A stretch of 64,000 bases of DNA from Naegleria gruberi (lineage: Eukaryota), in the NCBI GenBank assembly GCA_000004985.1, contig GG738922.1; one strand, written 5' to 3'. Of the stretch, positions 44,381 through 56,440 are shown piece after piece. The notes under the pieces are model-generated. The model was given only the letters and a program-made list of their open reading frames with translations. It did no database searches and was not told the origin of the DNA. The position numbers and the translations under genes are program-made. Numbering within the stretch: position 1 is the first letter of the stretch; each line of letters opens with the position of its first letter.

Positions 44381-46884
44381 ATGATCAAGACACTCATATG
44401 TGTATTGTTGCTATTGTTTATTACCAGTAGTGCTGTTATCAGTGCTGCTCCAAAACCAAGCTTTTCTATTGGAAGAATTCTTGATAATATTCCATTTTAG
44501 TAAGTAAAAGTTATTCGAAAGATCTGTTTCTTACACATGTTTTAATCTACCAGCATGCCTGCCAGTACAACCCAAGATTCTGAGGGAAACCTCTTTATTG
44601 CTGATACTGGCTACAATGTTATTCGAAAGATTGATACCAACAACGTTGCTACAATCTTTGCAGGAATTCAAAGTATGCAAGGAGCTTATTCTGGAGATGG
44701 TGGTCCTCCAACAGGTATTAAAATGTTTTCTCCATATTACATGGCATTTGCTTCTAATGGAGATTTGTACTGGACAGAATCGAATAATTGTATTATCAGA
44801 AAGTATTCTAAAGTTGATGGAATAGTTACCACAATCGCTGGTATTGCCCTCCAATGTGCAGACGGTGGCGATGGTGGATTGGCAAGTGTTGCAACTTTGA
44901 GAAATCCAACTGGTTTGACATTTACTGCAAATGGTGATTTGTTGGTTGCTACTTCACTTTCTATTAGAAAGATTGATGTAAATGGAATCATTACTACTCT
45001 TACATACCCAAATCCTCCAAATGAATGTGATTATAGTGGAGATGGTGGCTTGGCATCCAACGCCAGAGTCTGGTAAGTTTTTTTTTGACAACTTGGCAAT
45101 TGACATTTTCCATAGTGGACCTCAAGCTCTTCTCTACCACGCTCCAACAGGTGACATTTACTGGGCCGAGTACGGAACTAACCGTATCAGAAAAATCACA
45201 TCTTCTACCAATATTATTTCCACAGTTGCAGGCACAGTCATCTATTTAGGATATTCAGGTGATAATGGACCTGCAAATCAAGCTCAATTATCAGGTCCGT
45301 ATGGAATGGTAATCGATAAAGCTGGAAATCTTTACTTTACAGAAGTTTGGGGAATGAGAATTAGATTTGTGAGTGCTCAATCTGGAAATATTTCAACAAT
45401 TGCTGGAAATGGACAAAATGGATTCAGTGGAGATGGAGGTGATCCATTGAATGCTGCTCTTGTAAGTTTTTATTTTTGAAGTTGAATATTAAGAAGAATA
45501 ATTGGTCAATTAGGGTTATGTCAGTGGAATTTCTCAATTGAATGATGGATCTTTGATCTTTACTAGTCAAAATAGTGTTGTGAGAAAGTTGGGTCCAAGT
45601 TGTTCTAATGGAATGGTTTACAATAAGAATAATGGTGGATGTGAATGTCCAACTGGTTACAAATTCACACCAGATCAAAGTGCTTGTGAAGTGGTTTGCG
45701 CATGGCCAAATGGCGTTGTCAATGGTCCAACTCCAATAGTTTCGTCCAATTTATTGGCCAATGGAATTGAATTGTCTGTCAAATTTGCAAGAACTGATGC
45801 TACAAGTTATGCTCATGTTATGAAAATTGGCAGTTTCAATTTCAATGCTGCTAGTTGTGTCTTGTCTGGAAGTGAAATTGCTCTCACTTTGACAAATAGT
45901 TCAAGTTGTACTGATTCGTATACAACTGGATTGATTAGTTTCGATTCTCTAATTGCAAATCCATCAGTTTCTCAAGTTATTTCTGGAGGAAAGTTAAAGT
46001 TGACCATTCCATTTTCCACACATTATTTTGATTCCACAGGAATTAACAATGGAGGNNNNNNNNNNNNNNNNNNNNNNNNNNNNNNNNNNNNNNNNNNNNN
46101 NNNNNTCACTGATTCTCTTTACTTGTACTCTGTAGGTAATGCACACTATCATCAGATTCAATTGACTTCCAATGTCGCAGTCACAGATTACAGAGCTCTC
46201 ATGTATTTTGCTGTAAATGTCACTTTGGAACAAGGTATTCCAGAAAATAGAATCGTCCACATTCCACTCAATGTTGATTATCAAATAATTGTCCAACCAA
46301 CAATCAATGGAACCTTACAAGCAACAATGTCACTTTCAGATACAAATGGACAAAGTCAAACCAAATTCACAACCAATGACAAGGTCAATGTTAACATTCT
46401 TTCAGGAACTTCTTTGGGATCTAACAAACTTTCCATCTCTGATGCTTTTTTCTGTTGTTTTAAGCAATTCACTGCTTCCATTAGTTACAATCCTTCTCAA
46501 GGTCAATTTGGATGTTCAAAATATGATTCTGCCACCATGGAGGTTTGGTCAACTTTGATTGCCAATTCTGCTGCTTCAGGTAATCTTCAAACTGTGTTGA
46601 ACCCAAGCTCTGGTAACACTGCTAGTTTCTCCTTCCAATTATTGTCCTCTATTTTCCCAGCTAAAGAATCTCCATACTCTACTTCATGTTTCATTCAATC
46701 AAATGTTGGAATTTCACCAAGTGTTAGAAGTGTTTCAGTTATTTCTTCTGTAAATCCAACCGAAGTTGATTCCATGTTAGTTGTTAATATTCCACAAGGC
46801 ACCAAAGTTGTTTCCAAAGCTTCATCTGTGATTTATTCAACATTCTTGATAGCTCTCTTGTTTGTGATCATGTTTAGTTTGTAA
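44381..46884 (+). CDS. secreted NHL-repeat (six-bladed beta-propeller) protein with C-terminal hydrophobic tail, 4 exons, contains assembly gap
   Basis: Structure is join(44381..44499,44554..45072,45116..45461,45514..46884) with GTAAGT donors and CAG/TAG acceptors, phases verified. Signal peptide is MIKTLICVLLLLFITSSAVISA. NHL-type repeats read GDGGPPTG...DLYWTE..NNCIIRK, CADGGDGGLASVATLRNPTGLTF and YSGDNGPANQAQLSGPYGMVIDKAGNLYFTE. A Cys-rich segment follows. The C-terminus STFLIALLFVIMFSL is GPI-signal-like. A 50-N gap at 46056-46105 leaves frame continuity across it unproven. Confidence 0.75.
46056..46105. other. assembly gap (50 N) inside NHL-repeat gene
   Basis: Run of N. By convention this marks a gap of unknown size. 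Confidence 0.95.
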
Positions 46885-46917
46885 AATAAATAAATCTACA
46901 TTCTAAAATCCACCTTG

Positions 46918-49659
46918 TTATTTATTTGCATACTTGGCAATTTGATTAGACATTTTGTATCGATAGGATGGTGGTGATTGATCTAAAGTATTGATAAAAT
47001 ATTCTTCCATTGGTGTTGGTGGATAGTAGAGAGGAATTTGACATCTAGTTCCATTATATTTTGAAAAACAACGACAATTATCTTGTCCAATACAGAAACC
47101 GTTCGAAGAGCAAGCATCTGAGCTTGATGCATTCTTTCCAAAACATTGCCATTCATCAACAGCTATAATAATGTTATATGCAGCCCCTGTAGTGATTGCA
47201 AGAGGCATCTTTCCACTTGGCTTTGCTATTGACAGTGTAGGGCTGGTATTTGAAATAAGAGAAGAAGATGGAACAGATTGATGATATTGATTATAACCTG
47301 TTCCATAAATATTGCCATTATTTGTAATATATAAATTAGTATAAAAGTTGTTATAATCTCCATTTGATATATCAACAACCAGCTCAGAGTTTGGCATTGT
47401 CCAAGCAAAAGATGTGCCTGAAGTAAAGTAGATGGCAACACCATCATCTGAAAGGAATAATGGAAATGAACCACACACAATTTTGATAATTTTCTTGCTT
47501 CCAATTGATCCACTTTCTAATCTTGTCCATTGCGAAATTAAATTAGATGTTGCAGAGCTTATTACTCTGTTCGCATTATTTCCAAGTCCGAAAACTTTTC
47601 CTGATTTTGTCAAAATGTAAAATGAACTTTCGCATGCTGCAAAATCTTGAACCGTTTCATTAATGTTGGTAATATTGGAAATGTCTAATAAATTCCAAGA
47701 AATTGCTACATATAAAGATGCAAGAGAACCTCTCATCATAATATTTCCATTATCAAGTTGAACAGCATAATACTTTGTTCCAGAAGCAATTTTGGTTGCA
47801 TTCCAATTTGTATTTTCGGAAAACAAATCAATTGGTGTTGACAATGAAGAGTACAAATTGCTAACTCCCAAAGGGTAACCATCTCCAGAACCCCATCCAT
47901 AGACTTTTCCAGAGCTAGTTAACACTAGACCGTTTGTACTGGATATTCTAATATCAACAATTTCAGTATTATTGAATAGAGTTGAATTCACCCGTTGAGG
48001 TAAAGTGGTAGATTTGATGCTCTGGCTGTTCAATGATAAAGAATTTTCACATGCTCCCCAGTTGTGGAGAGTTGAATTTTGATTTTCATAATTAATGTTA
48101 ATGTATGAACAAGCTCCAACAGCTCTAACTGAAACTTTCTTAACATCTCCAGTAAAAGGGTAGTAGCCATTTTCAGTTAGTGGAGATGGTTGTTGTAGCA
48201 GTTTAACATCTCCGTAACCCATTTGAGCTTGAAAATTATCACCAAATGCAAAAATCTTTCCAGAATTTCCAGAAACCATTGCATAACTGTACAAATTCAA
48301 AAAACCCTCTGGTGAAATAGTATCAGCTCCAATATTGACGATATCAATATTATTACCTGAAGTAAATCCGTTGTAAACAGCTCTCCCCCAGGATAATAAA
48401 TTAGCGGCTCCTTGAATACCAAATAAACAAAAACCTGCATACTTTCCTCTATCAATATCAAGGATATCACCAACCAGACCTTTTCCTGCAGCTGCACCAG
48501 TAATTAATGATGTCATGTTGTAAGGTGAGTAGATATTTGAACCTCCATAGGCAACACTAGAGCTAGCTTCTCCACCTTGATTAGTTCCAAAAACATAAAC
48601 ATGCTTTGATTCAGTCAAGACAGTTCCGGTAGTTATTCCTAGACAAACTTTTACAGCTTTTTCAGTGGAATAATCTAGTGGTAACAGTTGTGGATCTGAA
48701 TAGGTATTAGCATTATTTCCTAAACCAAGTGCGCCAAACGCATTATCACCCCAAACCAATACATGACCAGTTGTGTTAATTGCAGCTACGCCTTTATCAT
48801 ACACTGACATATATCCAATTGCTCTCAACAAAGGTATAAGTGTTGGTGTATTCATGTTTTCAGTTCCTGAAGTGTGTGATCTAATTCCAGAATTCCAACC
48901 TCCCCAAGAAAATACATGTCCAGAATTCATCAAAACAAAATATGTTTCTGAACCAAAGGCTCCTGTAACAAATACTTTTTCAATATAGGTACTAATATTT
49001 GGACCTCCATCAGGATCTGGAAAAGTTGTTGGTACATTGTATTGAGTAAGACCTGCCCCACCTAGCGAATGTACATAGACCAGATTATCTGTTGTTGCCA
49101 AAATGCATGTGAACCAACATTTAATCTTGTTAACTTCCTTATTTTTCAAAGGATTGGAAGCAATGTATTCTTGTCGATAGTGTCTAATAGTTACATATTT
49201 GGAAAAATAATATGGAACCTGTGCAAATCCAAAAGCTGTATTACTGTTGTCTCCTGCTGCAAGAATAGTTTGTCCAATCAGTGATCCATCAGTAGCATTC
49301 TTGAAAGATAACAGTACAAGTGTGAAGGTGTGACCACCTGTAATGATTGGTACTGTTGTTTGAACATTACTCATTCCGAAAGCCACATTCCATGTATAAT
49401 TATTGGAAATTATTTCTGTGAGTTGTTGTGTCACTTCAACAGGCGTGCTGGCTGAAGCCAATAGTGGATATCCCAAATTGCCATACATGTTACTTCCCCA
49501 AACTAAAATTTCAGGATTGGAATAGCTGATGCATTGTACTGACGGAATTAGTTGGACGAATATGCCAACAATGATTAGCAGCGCTGTGAAGATATTAGAA
49601 ATCATGATGGTATTTTTTTGGCGTTGTTTTTTGCTGTCATTGTTGTGTCTTATGGTCAC
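46918..49659 (-). CDS. secreted RCC1-like repeat (beta-propeller) protein with C-terminal EGF-like module
   Basis: The ORF is open from 49659, with an alternative start at ATG 49605 (MISNIFTALLIIVGIFVQLIPSVQC signal peptide). Repeated RCC1-like blades read VWGSNMYGNLG, HVFSWGGWNSG, HVLVWGDNAFGALGLGN, HVYVFGTNQGGE and KVYGWGSGDGYPLG. Near the C-terminus is CSSNGFCIGQDNCRCFSKYNGTRCQ. Confidence 0.75.
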   Translation of the reverse strand: MTIRHNNDSKKQRQKNTIMISNIFTALLIIVGIFVQLIPSVQCISYSNPEILVWGSNMYGNLGYPLLASASTPVEVTQQLTEIISNNYTWNVAFGMSNVQTTVPIITGGHTFTLVLLSFKNATDGSLIGQTILAAGDNSNTAFGFAQVPYYFSKYVTIRHYRQEYIASNPLKNKEVNKIKCWFTCILATTDNLVYVHSLGGAGLTQYNVPTTFPDPDGGPNISTYIEKVFVTGAFGSETYFVLMNSGHVFSWGGWNSGIRSHTSGTENMNTPTLIPLLRAIGYMSVYDKGVAAINTTGHVLVWGDNAFGALGLGNNANTYSDPQLLPLDYSTEKAVKVCLGITTGTVLTESKHVYVFGTNQGGEASSSVAYGGSNIYSPYNMTSLITGAAAGKGLVGDILDIDRGKYAGFCLFGIQGAANLLSWGRAVYNGFTSGNNIDIVNIGADTISPEGFLNLYSYAMVSGNSGKIFAFGDNFQAQMGYGDVKLLQQPSPLTENGYYPFTGDVKKVSVRAVGACSYININYENQNSTLHNWGACENSLSLNSQSIKSTTLPQRVNSTLFNNTEIVDIRISSTNGLVLTSSGKVYGWGSGDGYPLGVSNLYSSLSTPIDLFSENTNWNATKIASGTKYYAVQLDNGNIMMRGSLASLYVAISWNLLDISNITNINETVQDFAACESSFYILTKSGKVFGLGNNANRVISSATSNLISQWTRLESGSIGSKKIIKIVCGSFPLFLSDDGVAIYFTSGTSFAWTMPNSELVVDISNGDYNNFYTNLYITNNGNIYGTGYNQYHQSVPSSSLISNTSPTLSIAKPSGKMPLAITTGAAYNIIIAVDEWQCFGKNASSSDACSSNGFCIGQDNCRCFSKYNGTRCQIPLYYPPTPMEEYFINTLDQSPPSYRYKMSNQIAKYANK

Positions 49660-49699
49660 CTGACATGTTCATCAGTGATGCGGAGATTCTGACACAATT

Positions 49700-51763
49700 T
49701 TACAATCGTTCCCAAGAGCACGTACCATTTCTGTTTCTTACCACAGTCACCGTTTCATAGGGAGGCAATCTGTTGCGCCAAACCTGTCTGTTTTGATGGT
49801 TTCTCTTGTTGTTTCTTTGAAAGTAGAATTCACCATAATCTGTCAATACTAATTTCAATTCAATGGTATTCAATTTTTGAACATCACTCACAACAGGAAT
49901 CATCCAATTTAAAATTTTAACCAAACCTTGTTTAAACTCAATGACACGTTCTCTTCTTGCTGCATCTGCAGAGTAGGCCTTATTGTTAATGCCTGATACT
50001 ATTTCTCCTGCTAATTGCATGCTTCTTATTGATGATGCTTGAATACTACTAAAGTTAAAGTTGGATCCCTTTAAATTGAGAACTTTCAATGATGATCCGA
50101 AAGGACAACTTATTAAATGATAAATGAATGAAGGCCTTAGTTTAGAGTTAGTAATAGACAATTCCTCTAATATTTGGAAATTTATCAAACCATCATCCAA
50201 GGAATCCATCTTATTCAAGTGTAGTACTTTCAATAAATGGCCAGAAGCTGATCCAAGCATTGAAATTGCATCCTTTGTGAGGGTGCACTCTACGAAACTA
50301 ATCTTTCGTAGGCCTAAATTTTCATTAGTCGGATCAATGTTTTTCATATGTGGTTCGATAGCTCTACAAAAATCACCAACTTGCGCATTTCCCAATAAAC
50401 CTAATACTGCTGTATGAACGTGGCACGATTTTTCAAAAACATTTGAAAAAAAATTGGCATCAGCCTTAATACTCAATACTAGATACTTGACATTTTCAAA
50501 TAACGGTTTCAACTCTGTAAAATTATATTCCACAAAAAACCGATTATCTATCCATTGAAGATATTCAAGATTTGGAAACGGACCAAAACTGGATAATCGA
50601 TGGCTATGATTGAATCCCTTAAAGTCAATAAATTTAACAGTATACCTAAAAATATTAATTAAATATTCAAATAATGCTTTTCCAGTTAAATATTTCACAT
50701 TTGGAAATACTTTTGGTACAATAAAATCCAACACTTTTGGAGTTAGTATTTCAGTAGCGATTGGAGTATTAGGATCCTCCAGTAATGGTTGTATAATATG
50801 ATGATTCAAGTTGCAATAGTCTAGTAGAGCATCCTCTACAATACAAGTTAGAATGGGTGTTTTTGGCTTTTCAATTTTTGTTAAATCCAATTTTTCCTCA
50901 TTTTCAATACTGTCAATTATCAAGTCCTTTTCACAAAATGTGGTAAAGAAATCAAAATGATGCCAAGTAGAAATTACGTATCGTTCATATTTAGATATGG
51001 AATCATTCCAATCTTTACAAACAAGATTAATACTTTTGTGAAGCATTTTCCAATCTAAGAATGAAAATATTTGCAACAACAATTCATAAGGCATTACTCC
51101 AAATATTCCAAGTCTAGTTTCTCTCTTCTTTAGAATTTCATTGAGAGCAGTTTTGAGTTTCCTCACTTTCTGTTTATCAGATCTTGGAGGAAGATTTGTT
51201 TCTGTTGGTATCTTGTTGGTTGTGATGGCCATCTTGGTTTTTCTGCTTGGTTGTTTGAGCGTTTTCTTTACAGCTTGTTCCTTCTTTTCTTGAATTTCCT
51301 TCTTTACAGATGGAATTAGAAACTTCAAATGATCTAAAATTGAAAAGTTACAATTCTTTGGAAGAAATGATGAAGGTACGGAATAGAGATTTGTTGGTAT
51401 TCGTTTAGATAAATGACAAACAACACTTTCTAAATCTCCCAATTTATCAAAATCTTCACCACAATCGTGAGCATTATTCTTCTGTTTTAATGCATCATTA
51501 GAAAGACGTTGTAATTCTTCTTCTCCCAAAGATGATGATGATTCACTACCAGTTGTAATTTTCCTAGCCTTTGCTTCCTTTTCATATCCGAATTCGTGAT
51601 GTAAAAAGGCTTTGATAGCCAATTCTTCCGAAGATGTATTTTGTGAAGATGTTGCTGCTGGTCTTTTCCTCTGATTATTCTGTTGATTTTGTTGTTGGTA
51701 TTGTGTTGGCTTTGCACTCTTCTTATTGTTGCTATTTGAAGCAGAAGATGAGGAGGGTTTCAT
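49700..51763 (-). CDS. F-box protein
   Basis: The ORF is open from 51868 but the 5' part is AT-rich junk. The likely start is ATG 51763 (MKPSSSSASN...). The F-box reads RLGIFGVMPYELLLQIFSFLDWKMLHKSINLVCKDWNDSIS. The ~450-aa C-terminal region may contain degenerate LRRs. Confidence 0.7.
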   Translation of the reverse strand: MKPSSSSASNSNNKKSAKPTQYQQQNQQNNQRKRPAATSSQNTSSEELAIKAFLHHEFGYEKEAKARKITTGSESSSSLGEEELQRLSNDALKQKNNAHDCGEDFDKLGDLESVVCHLSKRIPTNLYSVPSSFLPKNCNFSILDHLKFLIPSVKKEIQEKKEQAVKKTLKQPSRKTKMAITTNKIPTETNLPPRSDKQKVRKLKTALNEILKKRETRLGIFGVMPYELLLQIFSFLDWKMLHKSINLVCKDWNDSISKYERYVISTWHHFDFFTTFCEKDLIIDSIENEEKLDLTKIEKPKTPILTCIVEDALLDYCNLNHHIIQPLLEDPNTPIATEILTPKVLDFIVPKVFPNVKYLTGKALFEYLINIFRYTVKFIDFKGFNHSHRLSSFGPFPNLEYLQWIDNRFFVEYNFTELKPLFENVKYLVLSIKADANFFSNVFEKSCHVHTAVLGLLGNAQVGDFCRAIEPHMKNIDPTNENLGLRKISFVECTLTKDAISMLGSASGHLLKVLHLNKMDSLDDGLINFQILEELSITNSKLRPSFIYHLISCPFGSSLKVLNLKGSNFNFSSIQASSIRSMQLAGEIVSGINNKAYSADAARRERVIEFKQGLVKILNWMIPVVSDVQKLNTIELKLVLTDYGEFYFQRNNKRNHQNRQVWRNRLPPYETVTVVRNRNGTCSWERL

Positions 51764-52499
51764 TTTCAAGAGAAGAGAAAGAAGGGCATCAAAGTTTAAA
51801 TATTTTTTTTGATTAATAAAAATAAAAAAAATTAAATAGAGGACAATCATCGTCGAATAGTTAATCAATGCTTGGCACTGCGGATTTTGTATAATATTTG
51901 GTGGAAACTTCCAACCTTTAAATATTCATCACCACAATTTTCAACATCCAACTCCAATGTTGTTCTTGGAAACGATTTTATTGGAGAGTAGAAGTACCCT
52001 GCAAATATCTTGATGATATCAAAATCACCATCATCAGCACATTTACTTGGTCATCACAAAAACTGTTAATTGGGGATTGCTCGGAATGGTCAATAGTATG
52101 TGTGGGGTGAATCTTGATTTTTGTCATGAAATCGGTACAAGATTATTTTCACATGTACACAACCTCATCAACCAAATACAAGCTTTCTTCTAGTAATAGT
52201 ACTATTTAATTTTCGCAACAACATCTTCATCATTACTTGGTAATATTGTCATGGTGTGGAGGTTGGATACCACAAAGCTTCATATCATCTCAACATAATC
52301 TAAATAGTAATAATAGTAATTTTTATTAGCGGATTATCATCATTTAAGAACATCCCTTCATGCTTCGGAATACATGAGTTGGAGAACCAGCAACTTGGAT
52401 TGTTGGAAATAGTCAACAGTAGCAATTTGTCCTTGGATTTTCATCGGGAATTTCAGAAACAAAAACCTTTGAAAAAAGAGTTTTTAAACCTTATATTGT

Positions 52500-53290
52500 T
52501 TAAGGAATTCCACTTATTGTAAATACATCTCTCTCAATAACATTGATTGGTAATTTTCCAGAGGTACCATTCCAATAAATTGATATTAAAAAATCACGTA
52601 AACATTCATCTGAATCACTCATTTCTTGTGTCAATCCAACTTTTAACATTAAATAACTGATATATACTGTTGCACAATTGCCTTTTTGTTTTCCAATTGG
52701 AACTTGATTATTGAGAATCTCAGTTTCTTCATCCAAATGTGTAACTATTACGCTTCTTTCACCATTGTAATCACAATGATAGGTTGAAAATTTAAACTTG
52801 GTCAACTCATCATTTCCTTGAATATTTGTGATGGTTATTTCAACTTCTGTCTCTAATTGATAATATGGACCTTCTGAATAAGACCATTTGGTAAGAAATA
52901 AATTTGGAGTTAATTGTTGAATCATTTCTGAAACTAGTTCTGAATTATTTTCATTTAGTGTTGCTGGTGTGCGAACATAATTTCCTATTCCTTCATAAAC
53001 TGAAAGTAAATAATTTAAACAATTGTTGGATTGTTGAGTTAGAAACCAGTTTCGAATACTTTTCAACATTAACTTTCTCCTAGAACAGAAAATCCTTGGA
53101 AGGACAACTTGATCAGTAAATCCTCTTGCTTTCATTAGTTTTTTCATGTTGGTCAGCATTAAACGTTGCCAATAATCAGATGTATTAATAAAAGTTTCAT
53201 TCCAATCTTTGCAAACTAATCTTAACGAAAGTATTTGTTGAATATCTGGTGATTGGATAGGAGTTCAACAATCTCATAGATGAGCACTCC
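52500..53290 (-). pseudogene. degenerate F-box family member (F-box remnant with in-frame stop upstream; possibly pseudogene)
   Basis: ORF 52500..53159 starts MLTNMKK. The same frame upstream reads ..SPDIQQILSLRLVCKDWNETFINTSDYWQRL, an F-box C-terminal half with the family CKDWNE signature. A TGA stop precedes it and no in-frame ATG is present. Neighbouring frames carry unrelated short ORFs. Confidence 0.4.
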
Positions 53291-54400
53291 ACCAAGCGAA
53301 TCCATTTCTTGTATTTTTTTCTTAGAAATTTGTGGCAGTCAACTGTCTTATTAATAAACTTTGATGAACATCCAACATGCGTATTTGAAAATCTACACAT
53401 CAAAAAATATTCAACAAACGGTGATGATTTTCGGAGTGGTTTTACATCATATCATCATGATTTGGAAATAATTTTATTATTTGGAAAAATTCAAGTTGGT
53501 ACATCATCATCGGAACAACTACCAACCATCATCATTGTTATTTATCATCACTATAATAGTAATATTTGTGGAAATAAATCTGATAATAGTAATATTTTAG
53601 TGAAATTCAATATTTTCACTAAAATCGTCATCACTGCCAGATTCACATGATAATTTGGAAAACTTTCAATCTAGTATTGTTCAGCATGGTCAATTCCATC
53701 AGGTAAAATCACTTCCGAACATTTTCCTATTGGTTATCATGATGGTAGGTACATGTATATTTTCAACATGTACATGGACTATATCTCAACATATACTTCA
53801 CCAACTTGGAAAATGTCTTCGTAGCTACTATTCAAATACATAATAAACAATATATTTATTATCAGTTTTTCATTATTTTGTTGTTTTACCAACTTCGGAA
53901 TATTCATGATTACAAATATGATTCATGCCAAAAGTACATAGCCAATCATCTTGAAACATTAATAAACTTTTATTAGTACTATTGTAGATGTACCATATCA
54001 ATTATTTCGTCTTGTTTCGTTGAAATCATGAGGATCTATTTTTCTGTTTTTAATTAAATTTCACATCACCTACACCATATTTGTTGATGTAAACTAGACC
54101 AGACTAGTTACATGTAAATAATCCGTTGATTCTCTAATCATGTTTTACTGGTGTATTTAGGATTTTGAAATCTTGCAAATTATTCTGAGGTTATTCTTCA
54201 TATAAATATGATTCCTCACTTCATGATATGAGGAGGGATTGATATCATGATTGTTTGGAAGTGTTGTACAAACTTTGGAAACTATCTGAATTGAAATAAA
54301 GCAGAAAGAGTAATCTTTAACACCATATAAAATATGACTTTAGACGATTGTTTTGACAAGGCAAATTTATGCGTAATAAATCGCATAGAACACATGGTCT

Positions 54401-54494
54401 ATTATATTCAATGAATAAGGGATGAGAAACATTCATTAGAAGAAGATAGATTTCCAGTGATATATTCTCTCACTACAATTTATTATTTCAATAT
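54401..54494 (+). repeat. ~95-bp dispersed repeat, copy A
   Basis: attatattcaatgaataagggatgagaaacattcattagaagaagatagatttccagtgatatattctctcactacaatttattatttcaatatc is the reverse complement of 61936..62032, allowing a few mismatches. Confidence 0.6.
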
Positions 54495-54835
54495 CTTTTA
54501 AAGTAATGAGGAAAGTATTTCAATCATACAAATAATTTTGATTTGACTGAAAGCCACAAGGACATTTTAAAATATTTATTAGTCAGATCAGAAAAAAAGT
54601 AATTTCAATCAAGCATTTATTTTGTAAGAATAAAAATTGAATTGGATTTTTTGTAAATCTGTCAGATTCCAGTAAAGTACTATTTGTCATATGTGGCAAC
54701 TCAATTCTGAAGCAATTTTTGTTCCAGCAATGGTAGTTGTTTGAATAATACCTGCAGAATTTATCTTATTCTATAAGTTTCAAATGAGCATTGATGGAAA
54801 CATGCGTGGTATCCAACGATGATCATTTGGAATGA

Positions 54836-56440
54836 TTAAGGTAAGGCCGTTATGCCTGTGAGCGCTGAAGTTTCTGCCAACATCAACTTGTTTTGTTTGG
54901 CAAAGAGAAACATTTCCTCTCTTGAAATTCTCCAACAAACTCTTGGAAGATCACACTTGGTGGCCAACAGCAAAAATTGGGTTGCTTGAATTCCGGTGCC
55001 TCCGTTCTTAATGATTGATTGTATTTGTGGAAAAACATTTTCCTTTGTGTCCGTAACTGAAAAGCAAATTACTAAGCTGGTTGACTTATAGTTAAGCGAA
55101 ACTTTAGGAGAGTAAACACCCGTGTGGTAAATGTTTTGGTAGTAAATATTGACCTTCTCATGAGAATTGGAATGGAAAGTATTGTATGCGAATTGATGAA
55201 GTAAACTGTTAGCTCCTGAATCGTTTCCTATTCCTACACAAATGATGTAGCTATACCGGCTCTGGAATGTTTTGTGATTTCTGGCCAATTTGAAATCTTC
55301 CAATGGGTATTTTGTCTGGATTTCTTTTGGTATTTCTATACAACTGGAGAGTGTATAAGTTCTAACAAAAAAACAGTAACGAGCCAAATAGATAAGAAGT
55401 GGTCGCACAGAGTCAATATAATCCATTTCTAGCAAGGATTGTAGGACTAGGAGGGCATTATCAATTCCCCTGGTAGACTCCTTAATGACATGTGCACAAT
55501 AATTTGAGAGAATGTCAAATCCAACCATGTCGCAATAAAGCATCAACTCAATAGCAATGCTGTCATTTTGAATATTTCCAGTCATGATAAAGAGCAGAAT
55601 AGTTTCCAACAAGGAGGAGCTAACATCCATTGGTACAATTCTCTGAGAGCATTCTATCATTCCACTCGAGAGCAATGTGTTGAAAAAAGGAGATCTATAC
55701 CTAATAATGTCATTGGTAATTTGCAATACTTTTCCAGGATTGGAATCAGATATTTCATCAACATTAGAAGTGAAATAAACCAATGATTCTGAGGGCTTAT
55801 CGTCTACAGAGCCATTTAACCACTTTTGAATGCAATTCTCCCATGATCCAATGAATTCATCAATGCAAAATGTTGGATTGAAATTTCGTCCACATCCACT
55901 CAAGTAAGATCCGAACTCTTTGGAAATTGTCAAATCAAAAAACTTGGAAATTAGTAATAAATCATAAACATAAAATTCAGAATCAAAAATGTATGGACTA
56001 ATCTCCATTCCTCCTTCCATTCTTCCATACTCAAAGTAATCTATTATCAAATAAGGACAATAGAGTCCCACCACTAATAGATCAATAACATTCTCCAGAT
56101 ATTTTTGTTTCTCTTTGATATTGTATAGATATACCAATCCTTTGAACTGTTTCTTGGCTATTTCGAATGTAAATTCCAATTCCTCTCCCTCCTTCACTTG
56201 CTTGCTAATCAATTTACTGAATGTGCTTACAATTTCCGTATGTATGTGTTTCGTAATTGAAATCTTTGTACCATCCACAATAAAGTGAAAGGTAAAGCAT
56301 TCACTTGAAAAATTTTGCAATTCAGCCTTTTCCTCTTCTATTATTGTTGTGTTTCTATTTAAATTACTTATCCTCTTTTCGTTTCGTATAATAATTGGTC
56401 CAAGCCAATCAATTTCTCTCTTATCCATACGTTTGGACAT
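54836..56440 (-). CDS. BTB/POZ-domain protein with C-terminal degenerate Ras-superfamily GTPase-like domain
   Basis: 534-aa ORF. The central BTB-like region reads VLQITNDIIRYRSPFFNTLLSSGMIECSQRIVPMDVSSSLLETILLFIMTGNI...ELMLYCDMVGFDILSNYCAHVI. The C-terminal ~150 aa align to small-GTPase blocks but with degraded motifs: G1 VGIGNDSGAN instead of GxxxxGKS/T, G4 TKCD instead of NKxD, and G5 ETSAL instead of SAK. The protein ends 8 aa after G5. Confidence 0.65.
   Translation of the reverse strand: MSKRMDKREIDWLGPIIIRNEKRISNLNRNTTIIEEEKAELQNFSSECFTFHFIVDGTKISITKHIHTEIVSTFSKLISKQVKEGEELEFTFEIAKKQFKGLVYLYNIKEKQKYLENVIDLLVVGLYCPYLIIDYFEYGRMEGGMEISPYIFDSEFYVYDLLLISKFFDLTISKEFGSYLSGCGRNFNPTFCIDEFIGSWENCIQKWLNGSVDDKPSESLVYFTSNVDEISDSNPGKVLQITNDIIRYRSPFFNTLLSSGMIECSQRIVPMDVSSSLLETILLFIMTGNIQNDSIAIELMLYCDMVGFDILSNYCAHVIKESTRGIDNALLVLQSLLEMDYIDSVRPLLIYLARYCFFVRTYTLSSCIEIPKEIQTKYPLEDFKLARNHKTFQSRYSYIICVGIGNDSGANSLLHQFAYNTFHSNSHEKVNIYYQNIYHTGVYSPKVSLNYKSTSLVICFSVTDTKENVFPQIQSIIKNGGTGIQATQFLLLATKCDLPRVCWRISREEMFLFAKQNKLMLAETSALTGITALP

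Noticed and set aside
44531-45678. Minus-strand ORFs overlapping the NHL gene (44531, 44737, 45424)
   Set aside because: Antisense of a well-supported 4-exon gene with a consistent GTAAGT/AG structure.
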